Assembly: GCA_011192005.1 (NCBI GenBank)
Contig: DUFB01000062.1
Coordinates: forward strand, 12,074 to 76,073
Direction of reading: 5' to 3'
DNA: 64,000 nucleotides
DNA from: Dehalococcoidia bacterium
GTDB taxonomy: Bacteria > Chloroflexota > Dehalococcoidia > Dehalococcoidales > RBG-16-60-22
In this document: piece after piece, positions 19,310-29,843 of the stretch
How the letters are laid out: each line of letters begins with the position of its first letter
Numbering within the stretch: the first letter of the stretch is position 1
Notes under the pieces: generated by a model
Told to the model about the DNA's origin: nothing
Database searches by the model: none
Seen by the model: the letters and a program-made list of their open reading frames with translations, nothing else
Program-made: the position numbers and the translations under genes

Positions 19310-19735
19310 TTATTTTTTTGTCTCAGGAGGCCCGGTAACGTACTCTGGCGTTAACGCCACGTTCATAAAAATTATCGGTTTGTTGACGACCTTAAATTCG
19401 AGAGGACAGTGAATCATACCGGCAGGAAGGTGCAGAACCGTGGGCTCGGTAATGACATGCTTCTCGCCTTCTTCGCCAAGCGATATCTCTACCTCGGCGT
19501 CGAAATCACCGATATCCACGGGGTTGGCACCGTAAAAATGCAAGAACTGGTCGAAGTCATGAGAATGGGGATTTTCCACCATAAGAAACGGTTCGGTAAT
19601 GCAATTCCACAAAACGGAGAAGTTCTTCTCTCCGACTGCTTCGTAATTGCGACTGAAAAATACGAGTCGGTCGCAGAACTTGCCCGGGAGAATCGGCCTC
19701 TTGATAAAATACCGGCTATATTTTCTTTCATTCAT
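19310..19735 (-). CDS. hypothetical protein, cupin-like
   Basis: 141 aa. HSHDFDQFLHF ... LHLPAGMIHCP resembles the two-motif cupin His pattern. Confidence 0.5.
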   Translation of the reverse strand: MNERKYSRYFIKRPILPGKFCDRLVFFSRNYEAVGEKNFSVLWNCITEPFLMVENPHSHDFDQFLHFYGANPVDIGDFDAEVEISLGEEGEKHVITEPTVLHLPAGMIHCPLEFKVVNKPIIFMNVALTPEYVTGPPETKK

Positions 19736-19753
19736 ATAACAATGTCCTTTCTA

Positions 19754-20185
19754 TTATTTCCCGAACTTGATTCTCGGCAAATCGGCTTCCTTCATGGTGT
19801 CAGCCATCGTCCAGAAGTAGGCTTCCCCGGTGTATACCTGAAATACCGCCAGCAGGGGATCATCCGGCTTGGTAATACCGAAATTCTTCACGAACGGTCT
19901 CTCCTCGATGCATTTTGCCCTGATTTTATTATCGGTGATAATTTTCACCTTGCCGTAAACCCTCAGCACCTTGCTGAAGTCCCTGGTATTAAAATACAGC
20001 TCTACCTTAGGATTATTCTGAAGCTGCTTGTACATGGCTTTGACCGTTTGTGCCTGGAAATAGAAGCCGGTCTCATCAGCGTACCACATCCCCAGAGCCC
20101 TTACCCGGGGCTGGTCGCCTTCGGTGGTAGCCAGATAGCAGGTCTTGTTCGCATTGGCGAATTCGTAGCAGTCTTTAAAGTCCAT
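19754..20185 (-). CDS. pyridoxamine 5'-phosphate oxidase-like FMN-binding protein
   Basis: 143 aa. YLATTEGDQPRVRAL ... split-barrel pattern. AAAGGAG SD. Confidence 0.7.
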   Translation of the reverse strand: MDFKDCYEFANANKTCYLATTEGDQPRVRALGMWYADETGFYFQAQTVKAMYKQLQNNPKVELYFNTRDFSKVLRVYGKVKIITDNKIRAKCIEERPFVKNFGITKPDDPLLAVFQVYTGEAYFWTMADTMKEADLPRIKFGK

Positions 20186-20234
20186 CCCTATACTCCTTTT
20201 ATGCGTTTAGCTGGATATTATTACGAGGTATAGC

Positions 20235-21809
20235 TTAACCCTTGGGATTCCACCTGACGTCGGCGTAGCGCTCCCTTAGCTTGGGCTTCTCGATTTTACC
20301 CGTGGGATTGCGGGGTACGTCTCCGAACAGAATTATCCGGGGCCAAGCGTATTTAGGTAGCTTCGGCTCGAAATAGGCTCTCATGTCGGCCTCGGTTACC
20401 TCTGTCCCCTTTTTCGGCTCGACGACGGCGGCAACCACCTCGCCGTATCTCTCATCGGGAATGCCGATAATAGCGACGTCTTTAACGTCGGGCTGGCCGA
20501 TGAGTACCGATTCCAAGTCGACCGGGAAAATATTTTCGCCACCGCTGATTATCAGGTCTTTCTTTCTATCTATATAATAAATGAAACCGTCTTCGTCCTG
20601 CTTGACGAGGTCTCCCGTATGCAGCCATCCGTTCTTAAGTGTCTGGGCGGTCTGCTCCGGGTTCTTGTAGTACTCTTTCATCACATGGTTACCTTTAAGA
20701 ATCATCTCGCCGACGGTACCCACCGGCACGTCGTTGTCGTTGTCATCGACAATCCTGGCATCCAGGTTGAGCCGCGGATAGCCCATCGAGCCCAGCTTGT
20801 GGATATTTTCCAATCCCAGATGCATGCAGGGACCAGATGACTCGGTCAGGCCGTAATTTTCTTCGTACTGTATATCGGTGAAATACTCAAGGAACCGCCT
20901 GACGAGTACCGGCGGGATGGGCTGCGCCCCGGAATGCACTAATCTTAAGGATGAGATATCATAGTCTGAGAGTTTTAGATCGCCCCTGTCCAGCGCGGTC
21001 ACGATATCCTGAAGCCAGGGTACCAGCAACATGCAAATGGTGATTTTATCCTCGCTGATAGTCTTCAGGATGAGCTCGGCGGTGACTCTCTCGCCTCCCG
21101 TTGTCATCACCGCTCTAGCGCCGGCAATAAAGCTGCCGAACCAGTGCATTTTGCCACCGGTATGATATAAGGGTTGGATGAGCAGGAAGCAATCCTCGCG
21201 TGTCTCGCGGTGGGAATAATTCTCGTTGACAGCTACATGCTCCAGGTTGCGGTGACAGAGGAGAGTAGCCTTGGGATCGCCCGTTGTACCCGATGTGAAA
21301 TAGAGTCCGGCTTCATCTTCCCCGGAAAGCTCGATGCCCGGAGGTTCCGGTGAGGCATCCGCCAGTACATCTTCGAAAGCCTCCATGCCCTCAGGCATAT
21401 TGTCACCCAGGAAGATATAATGCTTGATAGTGGGCAAATCCGACCGTATTTCCTCGACACGCTCCGTAAAGTTCTCGTCTAGTATCATTACTACCGGTTC
21501 GGCAATATCTATGCAGTATTTAATCTGGCGGCTGATGAAACGGAAATTAAGCGGTGCCGCCATGGCACCTGTCCGGAGAATACCGAAGTAGGCTTCGAGC
21601 CATTTGATGGAGTTCATCATGAGATGAATAACAACGTCACCCTTTTTCACACCCCGCTTGATAAGTGCGTTGGCAACGCGGTTGGCTCTTTTATCGAATT
21701 CTTTCCAGGTTATCTTTTTCCTCAGGTTCTTACTGGGAGCAATTTCCTCCAGAGCCACAGAGTCGGGATAAAGCCTGGCATTTCTGGTAAGAATTTCCAT
21801 TATTGTCAT
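20235..21809 (-). CDS. AMP-dependent acyl-CoA synthetase/ligase
   Basis: YFTSGTTGDPKA AMP-binding motif, NYGLTES, GWLHTGD. ATG 21809 sits 8 nt after AAGGAG; the track's GTG 21815 is too close to the SD. Confidence 0.85.
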   Translation of the reverse strand: MTIMEILTRNARLYPDSVALEEIAPSKNLRKKITWKEFDKRANRVANALIKRGVKKGDVVIHLMMNSIKWLEAYFGILRTGAMAAPLNFRFISRQIKYCIDIAEPVVMILDENFTERVEEIRSDLPTIKHYIFLGDNMPEGMEAFEDVLADASPEPPGIELSGEDEAGLYFTSGTTGDPKATLLCHRNLEHVAVNENYSHRETREDCFLLIQPLYHTGGKMHWFGSFIAGARAVMTTGGERVTAELILKTISEDKITICMLLVPWLQDIVTALDRGDLKLSDYDISSLRLVHSGAQPIPPVLVRRFLEYFTDIQYEENYGLTESSGPCMHLGLENIHKLGSMGYPRLNLDARIVDDNDNDVPVGTVGEMILKGNHVMKEYYKNPEQTAQTLKNGWLHTGDLVKQDEDGFIYYIDRKKDLIISGGENIFPVDLESVLIGQPDVKDVAIIGIPDERYGEVVAAVVEPKKGTEVTEADMRAYFEPKLPKYAWPRIILFGDVPRNPTGKIEKPKLRERYADVRWNPKG

Positions 21810-21997
21810 GCGCACTACTCCTTACAATGTTTACTTGAGTGACGTGTCTCAGAACAATAGTAATATAAGAAAAAATGTATGAAGGTGTTTCCTTTTTACA
21901 AACCCGTATATGTTATTTTTTAACGCGGAATACGCTTGATTATAGTCTGAAATTTGGCAATATGTCAATTTACCGGTCTTTCAGGGCTCTGGAACCT

Positions 21998-22007
21998 GTG
22001 ATATAAT
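21998..22007 (+). promoter_or_regulatory. extended -10 promoter element for leaderless prfA
   Basis: TGa TATAAT (hexamer 22002-22007), 8 nt before the ATG at 22016. In-frame TAA at 22004-22006. No SD. Confidence 0.45.
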
Positions 22008-22015
22008 TTCCTTAT

Positions 22016-23086
22016 ATGTTTGAACAACTGAAGAAAATAGAAGGGCGTTACCGGGAGATTGATCGTAAGATAGCACAGCCCGAGATTGCCGCCGACCTGC
22101 CCCAGCTACAGGCACTGGCACAGGAAAGAGCCGATATTGAAGATACTGTAAAAACCTACCGTGCCTATCAAGACGTGGAAAAGTCGATTGAAGATACCCG
22201 TGCCATGCTGGATGACGGTGTTGACGAGGAGATGGAGGAACTTGCCAGACAGGAAATAGAATTCCTGGAAAAACGTCTTGATGAGTTGACCGAACAACTC
22301 CGTAAAGCGCTGCTGCCCAGAGACCCCAATGATGAAAAGGATATCATCATGGAGATAAGGGCCGGGGCGGGGGGCAACGAAGCTGCGCTCTTTGCCGCCG
22401 ACCTCTTCCGATTGTACAGTCGGTACGCTCAGGACCGCGGCTGGAAGACCGACATTATCAGCGTGAACGAAAGCGGTATCGGCGGTTTCAAAGAGATTAT
22501 CTTCGAGGTAAGCGGTAAAGGCGCATACAGCCGACTCAAGTACGAAAGGGGTGTCCACCGCGTCCAGCGGATACCAGTAACCGAGTCGTCCGGAAGAATC
22601 CATACCTCTACCGCCACGGTGGCCGTCCTGCCCAAGGCTGAGGAGGTAGACATTGATATCAATCCCGACGATATCAAGGTGGATGTTTTCCACAGCGGCG
22701 GGGCCGGCGGGCAGAACGTTAATAAGGTGGCTACGGCCATACGCATGACCCACCTGCCCACCGGGATGGTTGTTGTCTGCCAGGACGAACGCTCGCAGCT
22801 GCAGAATAAGATAAAAGCCATGTCCGTGCTCCGCACACGCCTCCTGGATATCGAGCGGCAGAAACAGGACAGGGAAATCACCGAGTCGAGGCGGTCACAG
22901 GTGGGCAAGGGAGACCGCTCGGAGAAGATAAGAACTTACAATTATCCGCAGGACCGCGTCTCCGACCACCGCATCTCCCTGACACTCCACAATCTGGATA
23001 AAATCATGGACGGCGATATCGACGAACTGATTGACGCCTTAATCACTGCAGAGCAGGCGAAACAACTCGAGGAACAGGCAGTGTGA
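22016..23086 (+). CDS. prfA: peptide chain release factor 1
   Basis: 356 aa. GGQ motif ([11 protein letters not shown]) and RF1-type PVT tripeptide (RIPVTES). Confidence 0.95.
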   Translation: MFEQLKKIEGRYREIDRKIAQPEIAADLPQLQALAQERADIEDTVKTYRAYQDVEKSIEDTRAMLDDGVDEEMEELARQEIEFLEKRLDELTEQLRKALLPRDPNDEKDIIMEIRAGAGGNEAALFAADLFRLYSRYAQDRGWKTDIISVNESGIGGFKEIIFEVSGKGAYSRLKYERGVHRVQRIPVTESSGRIHTSTATVAVLPKAEEVDIDINPDDIKVDVFHSGGAGGQNVNKVATAIRMTHLPTGMVVVCQDERSQLQNKIKAMSVLRTRLLDIERQKQDREITESRRSQVGKGDRSEKIRTYNYPQDRVSDHRISLTLHNLDKIMDGDIDELIDALITAEQAKQLEEQAV

Positions 23087-23934
23087 ACCTCAGGCAAGTT
23101 TTACTGAATGCCCGCGATATTCTCGCCCGGAGCAGCATCGACGATGCCTCTCTTGAAGCTGAAATCCTCTTACGACACACTCTTAAAATATCCAGGACGC
23201 AGTTATACCAGGAACTGGATGCCGGAATAAACAAAGTTGACGAGAAAACGTATTACCGGCTTGTCGAGAGACGCCGGCAGGGCGAGCCCACGGCATATAT
23301 TACCGGACACCGCGAATTCTACGGACTGGACTTCTACGTCAACCGCGATGTCCTCATCCCCAGACCTGAAAGCGAATTCCTGGTGGAAAAGGCTTTAGAA
23401 ATAGCACGCATCCGTGACTTAGCTACTATGGCTGATATCGGTACCGGCTGCGGGACTATCGCCATCAGCCTGGCCAAAAACCTTAAAGGAACTAAAATAT
23501 ACGCCACGGATCTTTCCCTTGCCGCGCTGGAAGTAGCTCGCGGAAACTGCCGCCGACATGGCGTTATTGAAAAGATTGAATTTCTCCACGGCGATATGCT
23601 GGAAACTCTTCCCGGTCCCGTCGACCTGATTGTGGCCAACCTTCCGTACGTCAGGGAATCGGAAATCCCGGACAGCGGGCCCCTGAGCTTCGAGCCGGTA
23701 CTGGCCCTGAACGGCGGACATGACGGTACGTCGATGATTAATACTCTTTGCAACCAAGCTAAAGATAAACTTGCTCCTAGTGGCTGTATGCTCCTGGAGA
23801 TAGGGGAGGGTCAGGCGGATGCCGTTACCGATATCATCAGTGAAACATTTTCATCGGCTCGTATCGAGACTACCGTGGACTACGCCGGCATCGAACGTGT
23901 GGTGGGCGTTTATTTGACACCGTCTCGGGCTTGA
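23083..23934 (+). CDS. prmC: release-factor glutamine N5-methyltransferase
   Basis: SAM motif DIGTGCG, NPPY-type ANLPYV. GTG start overlaps the prfA stop by 4 nt. Confidence 0.9.
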   Translation: MNLRQVLLNARDILARSSIDDASLEAEILLRHTLKISRTQLYQELDAGINKVDEKTYYRLVERRRQGEPTAYITGHREFYGLDFYVNRDVLIPRPESEFLVEKALEIARIRDLATMADIGTGCGTIAISLAKNLKGTKIYATDLSLAALEVARGNCRRHGVIEKIEFLHGDMLETLPGPVDLIVANLPYVRESEIPDSGPLSFEPVLALNGGHDGTSMINTLCNQAKDKLAPSGCMLLEIGEGQADAVTDIISETFSSARIETTVDYAGIERVVGVYLTPSRA

Positions 23935-23996
23935 TGCTACATTATTAAGGGCATTTCCCCAAATCATTAATCATAGGAGAGAGTGCGTCAGTTGAG

Positions 23997-24794
23997 ATGA
24001 ATATTATAGTTTGCGTTAAACAGGTTATCGACCCTGAAGCGCCTCCCGCCAGTTTCCAGATTGACTCGGCTAGCAACAAAGCCGAGATGAAGGGAGCGCC
24101 GCCCGTCATTGATCCCTATGGCGAGTACGCGGTGGAAGCAGCCCTGAAAATCAAGGATGCCAACGGCGGGAAAATCACCGCCATTACAATGGGGATAAAG
24201 CTCCTCCGGGAAGTTGTCAAGAAACCCCTTTCCATGGGAGCCGATGAGCTTGTTCTACTGGAAGACGAGAGCTACGACGGTGCCGACAGCCATTCTACCG
24301 CTTACGCTCTGGCGATGGCGACCAAGAAGGTGGCTGATTACAACCTTATCCTCTGTGGCAGAGAAGCCTCGGATACCAATGCCGGGCAAACTGGATCCGG
24401 GATTGCGGAGATACTCGGGCTGCCCTGTGTTACCCTGGCGAGAAAGATTGACATAAATAATGGTACCGCCAGAGTGGAGAAGGTTACCGCTGACGGCTAT
24501 GAAGTCGTCGAAGTTACACTGCCGGCAGTGATAACCGTGAGTAATGAAATCGGCGAGCCACGCTATCCCACGATAAAGGGAATCATGGCAGCTAAAAAAA
24601 TCGACCCGGTAGTATGGAAACCTTCGGATATCGGGGTGGAGAGTAATCAGGTGGGTAACGCCGGAAGAAAGACCGCTGTTAATAAGCTCTTCCAGCCTGT
24701 GCACGAAGGAAAATGCGAAATGGCGGAGGGAGATTCACCGGAGGAAGCGGGGGCTAACCTTGCCATGAAAATAAGGGAAGCCAAGATTTTATAA
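23997..24794 (+). CDS. etfB: electron transfer flavoprotein, beta subunit
   Basis: 265 aa. MNIIVCVKQV... N-terminus typical of EtfB/FixA. Followed by etfA. Confidence 0.9.
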   Translation: MNIIVCVKQVIDPEAPPASFQIDSASNKAEMKGAPPVIDPYGEYAVEAALKIKDANGGKITAITMGIKLLREVVKKPLSMGADELVLLEDESYDGADSHSTAYALAMATKKVADYNLILCGREASDTNAGQTGSGIAEILGLPCVTLARKIDINNGTARVEKVTADGYEVVEVTLPAVITVSNEIGEPRYPTIKGIMAAKKIDPVVWKPSDIGVESNQVGNAGRKTAVNKLFQPVHEGKCEMAEGDSPEEAGANLAMKIREAKIL

Positions 24795-24811
24795 ACAGGA
24801 GATTGTATAAA

Positions 24812-25810
24812 ATGGCGGACTATAAAGGTATTGCCGTATTCTGTGAAGTTAAAGAGGGCAAGCTGGCCCCGATTTCTACCGAAGGACTTGGCATCGGTAA
24901 GAAGCTGGCTGGAGATTCTGGCCAGGAGCTGTGTGCTATCGTCGTCGGCAGCGGTGTTGCCGAAGCAACCAAGGAAGCTATCGCCTACGGAGCTGATAAA
25001 GCTTACGTCGTTGACGATGAATTACTGAAAACATATCGGACTGATTCATACGTTGCGGTCATGAAGAAAGTAATCGACCAGATAACGCCGCAGGTGCTTA
25101 TTCTGGGGCAGAATGATATCGGGCGTGACCTGGCGCCGAGTCTGGCTTTCAAGCTGGGTACCACCGCTACCCTGGACTGCGTGGAGCTTGCCATCGACCC
25201 CGATTCGAAACGTTTGCTGCAGACCAAGCCCATCTACGGCGGTAACGCTCTCGCGGTATACACCAGTAATACCGACCCCCAGATTGTAACCATCAGGACC
25301 AAAGCCATGACTCCCCTGGCCCCCGACGCTTCCAGGCAGGGTGAAATCGTTAATATCGATGCCGGGATTGACGCATCGGCAATAAGAACCAAGGTAGTCG
25401 ATACCGTCGTTGAAGAGGTTGCCGGTATTAAACTGGAAGACGCCGAGGTAGTGGTGGCAGGCGGCCGGGGAATGGGCAGCGCCGAAGCATTTGCCCAGCT
25501 GGAGGAACTGGCGAAACTGCTCAAGGGTGCCGTTGGTGCCAGCCGTCCTCCCTGCGACAACGGGTGGCTCCCTGATACCGTTCAGATAGGACTCACCGGC
25601 AAGATAATCGCCCCCGAGCTTTATATAGCCGTGGCTATCTCCGGCTCCAGTCAGCACCTCAGCGGGTGCTCGGGCTCCAAGAACATCATTGCTATCAATA
25701 AAGACCCGGAGGCTAATATTTTCCGTCAGGCGCGTTATGGCGTTGTCGGCGACTGGAAAAAGGTATTGCCGGCTTTCACGGCGAAGATAAAAGAACTGCT
25801 GGCTTCATAG
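24812..25810 (+). CDS. etfA: electron transfer flavoprotein, alpha subunit
   Basis: C-terminal FAD region (VVAGGRG.. / IAVAISGSSQHLSG). ATG at 24812; the track's TTG lies 9 nt upstream. Confidence 0.9.
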   Translation: MADYKGIAVFCEVKEGKLAPISTEGLGIGKKLAGDSGQELCAIVVGSGVAEATKEAIAYGADKAYVVDDELLKTYRTDSYVAVMKKVIDQITPQVLILGQNDIGRDLAPSLAFKLGTTATLDCVELAIDPDSKRLLQTKPIYGGNALAVYTSNTDPQIVTIRTKAMTPLAPDASRQGEIVNIDAGIDASAIRTKVVDTVVEEVAGIKLEDAEVVVAGGRGMGSAEAFAQLEELAKLLKGAVGASRPPCDNGWLPDTVQIGLTGKIIAPELYIAVAISGSSQHLSGCSGSKNIIAINKDPEANIFRQARYGVVGDWKKVLPAFTAKIKELLAS

Positions 25811-25813
25811 CCT

Positions 25814-25846
25814 GATTACCCGAACTTATATATAATATAGGTAATC
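25814..25846 (+). terminator. AT-rich hairpin after etfA (possible terminator)
   Basis: GATTACC-19 nt-GGTAATC; the loop contains palindromic TTATATATAA. Followed by TTCTTACTCTTTCT. Confidence 0.35.
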
Positions 25847-25849
25847 TTC

Positions 25850-27895
25850 TTACTCTTTCTCGGCTTCTTTCTGTGCGACGATTTTCTGCGTTATCTGTGC
25901 CGGCACTTCCTCGTAATGGTCGAACTCGATGCTGTATATCGCCCTTCCCTGCGTCATCGATTTGAGATCGATGGCGTAACGCTGGATTTCGGCGAGGGGC
26001 ACTGTTGCCTCGATAACGTTGGTATCACCCTCGGGATTCATCCCCAGCACGCGGGCTCTCTTGGTATTAAGGTCCCCGATGATATCCCCGGTAAGGTCGC
26101 TCGGAACGGTCACCTTGAGGTTCATAATCGGTTCGAGTAATATCGGGTGACCATCGTTAATGCCCTTTTTAAACGCCTGAGCCCCGGCTATCTTGAAGCA
26201 TATCTCCGAGGAATCGACCGGGTGGAAGCTGCCGTCGTACAGTGTCGTCTTCACCCCGACCACCGGATAACCCGCCAGGACGCCCTCCTGGTAAGCTTCA
26301 TGCAACCCCTTTTCCACAGCAGGTATATAGTTTCTGGGCACAGAGCCGCCGACAATCCTGTCAGCGAACTCGTTATCACCGCGCTCGGGCAATGGCTCCA
26401 GCTCCAGCAGGACATGCCCGTACTGGCCGTGACCCCCCGACTGCTTTTTATGCTTGTACTCGGCTTTGGACGTTACGGTTATCGTCTCGCGGTAGGGTAC
26501 CTTGGGGGTACTCATCTCCACGTTCACCCCGAACTTGCGCTGCATCTTATCAGCCGCCACCGCCAGATGGGTATCACCCATTCCCGCTAAAATTGTCTCG
26601 TTGGTACCCAGCTCGCGGTATACCTTCAAAGTCGGGTCTTCTTCGGCCAGTCGTGATAGGGCCGTTCCCATCTTGTCCACGTCCGTCTTGGTCTTGGGAT
26701 AGACCGCCTCGTTATAGGTGGGGTTGGGGAACGTGATGGGAGTTATCGTGGCCGGCTTATCCTGGGTGCAGAGCGTATCGCCCGTGCCGGTAACGTTCAA
26801 TTTCGCCACGGCGCCGATATCACCGGCGTTTACCTGCTCTATCGGTTCCTGGGTCTTGCCGCGCATCATGTAAAGCTGCCCGATGCGCTCGGCGGCTTTT
26901 TCACTGGAGTTCCAGACCTGCGCATTACTTTTTATCACGCCGTTGTAGACGCGGAAATAGGTAAGTTTGCCGACATACGGGTCGGCGGTCGTCTTGAATA
27001 CCAGGGCAGCCAGTGGTGCCGTATCGCTGGGCTCCGCCGGGCCACCGGACAGGGCTATTTTCATCTCTCTGGGCAGGGGCAGGTATTCGGTGATAGCATC
27101 CAGCAGTCTGTCGGCACCGATGTTTTCCAGCGCCGAGCCCGCCAGTATCGGCACGATATTCCCGTTAAGTATCGCCTTCCGCAGGTTGGTATTCAGTTCT
27201 TCGGGAGTTATTTCCTCTCCGCCCAGGTACTTTTCGATGAGAGCGTCATCTATCTCGGCAATTGCCTCGATGAGTTTCTCCCGGTAATTATCGATTTGAG
27301 CCTGTAATGCCGACGGCATTTCACCCTCTTTAGCGTCGGACCCAATGTAGGATTTCATTGTCAGGAGGTCGGCGACTCCCTCAAAGCTGTCCTGCGCGCC
27401 GATTGCCAGCTGCAGCGGCAGGCATTTATTGCCCAGTTTGGACCTGATTTCTTCCACCGTCCTGATATAGTCGGCGTTCTCACGGTCCATCTTGTTAATG
27501 AAAATAAGGCGGGGCATCTTGGCTTCTTCGCTGTACTTCCATACCTGCTCGGTGCCCACTTCAACGCCTGACGCCGCACAAACCACGATAATTGCGCTTT
27601 CGCAGACACGCATACCCGCTTTCATCTCGCCGACGAAATCGGCGTATCCCGGGGTATCGATAATGTTTATTTTCTTACCCTGCCATTCGCAGGGGAGCAG
27701 AGATAGATTGATGCTTATCTGGCGTTTTACTTCATCGGGTTCGTAATCCGAGGTGGAAGAGCCGTCGTCAACTTTACCCAGGCGTTTTATCGCCCCCGCT
27801 TTAAATAGCATCGCCTCGGAGAGAGACGTTTTACCGGCACCTCCGTGAGATAATAAAACTACGTTATGGATATTATCAAGCCCGTACTTTTGCAT
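25850..27895 (-). CDS. elongation factor G paralog (EF-G2-like translational GTPase)
   Basis: 681 aa, five-domain EF-G length. G1 SHGGAGKTS, G3 DTPGYADF, G4 NKMD. Confidence 0.85.
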   Translation of the reverse strand: MQKYGLDNIHNVVLLSHGGAGKTSLSEAMLFKAGAIKRLGKVDDGSSTSDYEPDEVKRQISINLSLLPCEWQGKKINIIDTPGYADFVGEMKAGMRVCESAIIVVCAASGVEVGTEQVWKYSEEAKMPRLIFINKMDRENADYIRTVEEIRSKLGNKCLPLQLAIGAQDSFEGVADLLTMKSYIGSDAKEGEMPSALQAQIDNYREKLIEAIAEIDDALIEKYLGGEEITPEELNTNLRKAILNGNIVPILAGSALENIGADRLLDAITEYLPLPREMKIALSGGPAEPSDTAPLAALVFKTTADPYVGKLTYFRVYNGVIKSNAQVWNSSEKAAERIGQLYMMRGKTQEPIEQVNAGDIGAVAKLNVTGTGDTLCTQDKPATITPITFPNPTYNEAVYPKTKTDVDKMGTALSRLAEEDPTLKVYRELGTNETILAGMGDTHLAVAADKMQRKFGVNVEMSTPKVPYRETITVTSKAEYKHKKQSGGHGQYGHVLLELEPLPERGDNEFADRIVGGSVPRNYIPAVEKGLHEAYQEGVLAGYPVVGVKTTLYDGSFHPVDSSEICFKIAGAQAFKKGINDGHPILLEPIMNLKVTVPSDLTGDIIGDLNTKRARVLGMNPEGDTNVIEATVPLAEIQRYAIDLKSMTQGRAIYSIEFDHYEEVPAQITQKIVAQKEAEKE

Positions 27896-27988
27896 CTAAA
27901 CACCTGCTCTCTAGTATTTACAGATTCTATTATAACCGCAGACGACCGAACACGGCAAGCAGGGAAGTGCGGATATTGTGCCCGTGGG

Positions 27989-28573
27989 TTAGCTATCCCA
28001 CTGGTCGTGAACGACGATTTCGTCGAGGGTTTTGCGTGGAGGCGCTTTGCCCTCCCAAGTCGGGACTCCGAGCGGTAACAGGACGACTACCCGGTAGCCC
28101 TTGGGGATTCCCAGGATTTCCTCGACCGCCGGCGCGTCGAAAGCGCCCATGATCACGGTAGCCAGTCCCAGTCCGTGCGCCGCCAGTACCATGTTCTGAC
28201 TTGCCAGGGCGGTATCGAACATGAACCAGTCACCCTTATCGGTGACGAAATCCTTGCTGGTCGGGTCGCCGGGTTTGCACCCCGATTTGTTCATTTCAGC
28301 ACAGACCACAATCAACACGGGTACGGTATTGATGGCTTTCGTGGCAGGATTGTCAACCGCTTTACCCTCTATTTTTGCCCCCATCAGGCACTGCCCGATG
28401 CGGGCTTTTACCTCGGGGTCGCGTACCACTACGAAGCGCCAGCACTGCGTATTAGCCCACGAAGGTGCCCAGCGTCCCGCCTCTAGTATCTTATTAACCT
28501 TATCGTCATCGACCGGGTCTGCCGTGTAACGACGGATGCTCCTCCTGGTGCTGATAGCTTCGAATAATTCCAA
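27989..28573 (-). CDS. nitroreductase-family protein (paralog 1)
   Basis: RRSIRRY ... WAPSWANTQCWRFVVVR motifs. TTG start 6 nt after AAGGAG. Confidence 0.85.
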   Translation of the reverse strand: MELFEAISTRRSIRRYTADPVDDDKVNKILEAGRWAPSWANTQCWRFVVVRDPEVKARIGQCLMGAKIEGKAVDNPATKAINTVPVLIVVCAEMNKSGCKPGDPTSKDFVTDKGDWFMFDTALASQNMVLAAHGLGLATVIMGAFDAPAVEEILGIPKGYRVVVLLPLGVPTWEGKAPPRKTLDEIVVHDQWDS

Positions 28574-28594
28574 AATAAACTCCTTGCTGGTTAC

Positions 28595-29170
28595 CTATGA
28601 CTTACCGAATGTATCCTTGTATACAATATCGCCAAGCGCTTTACGGGGTGGTATCTGTCCGGTATGGTCCGGGTACCCCAGCGGCGTCATTGTAACCACG
28701 GCACAGCCGTCGGGCACATCAAGTATTTCGGCGGCTTTTTTAGCGTCGAAAGCCCCCACAATTACCGTCCCCATTCCCAAGGCACAGGCAGCCAGGGTAA
28801 GGTTTTGTACCGCTAAAGCGACATCAAATAAAAGCCAGTCGTCTTTATCCGTCACTGGAGTCCCGTCCCGGTTATAGCCCGCGATACCAGTCTGGGCACA
28901 GGCCACGATAAGGACCGGCGCCTGTCTAATCGCCTCGGTTGCAGCGTTCTTCAGGAAATCATCGCCGATCTGTACCCTGTTCAGAGTTCCAGCCACTTTC
29001 TGTTTGATTTCGGGACTGCGTACCACGATAAATCGCCAGCATTGTGTATTGGCCCACGAAGGCGCCCAGTGAGCTGCCTCGAGTACCTTTTGCAGGTCAT
29101 CGTCGCTGACCGGGTCCGGTTTATATTTGCGGATACTTCTTCTGGATTTTATGGCCTCAAATACATCCAT
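28595..29170 (-). CDS. nitroreductase-family protein (paralog 2)
   Basis: RRSIRKY ... WAPSWANTQCWRFIVVR. Collinear with its neighbour. AAGGTGGAG SD. Confidence 0.85.
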   Translation of the reverse strand: MDVFEAIKSRRSIRKYKPDPVSDDDLQKVLEAAHWAPSWANTQCWRFIVVRSPEIKQKVAGTLNRVQIGDDFLKNAATEAIRQAPVLIVACAQTGIAGYNRDGTPVTDKDDWLLFDVALAVQNLTLAACALGMGTVIVGAFDAKKAAEILDVPDGCAVVTMTPLGYPDHTGQIPPRKALGDIVYKDTFGKS

Positions 29171-29188
29171 ATCGCTCCACCTTAATTT

Positions 29189-29833
29189 TTATTTTCCCCA
29201 GGCATCCTTGCCAATGAGAGAGACAAACCTGCAGCCTCCGAGATTCCGTACGGTGGTTCTGCCGCCGCATTTGGTGACCTTACAAAGCTCCTGCATATAT
29301 CTGGTACCCACCGGTATTATCATATTTCCGCCTTCTGCAAGCTGGCTAACCAGGTCATCTGGTATTCTGGGAGCACCGGCGGTTACCATGATGGCGTCAT
29401 AGGGAGCATCCTGCTTTCTTCCCAGTTCTTCCCCGGCAATATATATATGTATGTTTTTATAACCCAGTTTATCAAGGACTTCCTTGGCCGATTCCGCCAG
29501 CTCGGGTACCCGTTCTACGGAAACCACTTCCCTGGCCAGTTCGGCGAGTATAGCTGTCTGATAGCCGCTCCCGGTCCCTAACTCCAGCACCTTTTCCGTG
29601 CCCTTAATCTCGAGCGCTTCGGTCATCAGGGCGATGATATAAGGCTGTGAGATTGTCTGCTCATACCCTATCGGCAGCGGCTTGTCCTCGTAAGCCTGGT
29701 AACGAACCCCCTCGGAAACGAATACCTCGCGGGGGATACGGGACATAACCTCCAGTACGCGCCTGTCTTTGATTTCAGAACTGATTTTTTTGATTAGCCT
29801 GGCTCTCGCCGCATCAAAGTCCATAGCAACCAC
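29189..29833 (-). CDS. pcm: protein-L-isoaspartate O-methyltransferase
   Basis: TISQPY and SAM motif LELGTGSGYQ. The start could be GTG 29833 or ATG 29824. Confidence 0.9.
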   Translation of the reverse strand: MVAMDFDAARARLIKKISSEIKDRRVLEVMSRIPREVFVSEGVRYQAYEDKPLPIGYEQTISQPYIIALMTEALEIKGTEKVLELGTGSGYQTAILAELAREVVSVERVPELAESAKEVLDKLGYKNIHIYIAGEELGRKQDAPYDAIMVTAGAPRIPDDLVSQLAEGGNMIIPVGTRYMQELCKVTKCGGRTTVRNLGGCRFVSLIGKDAWGK

Positions 29834-29843
29834 CGGTGAGGGA

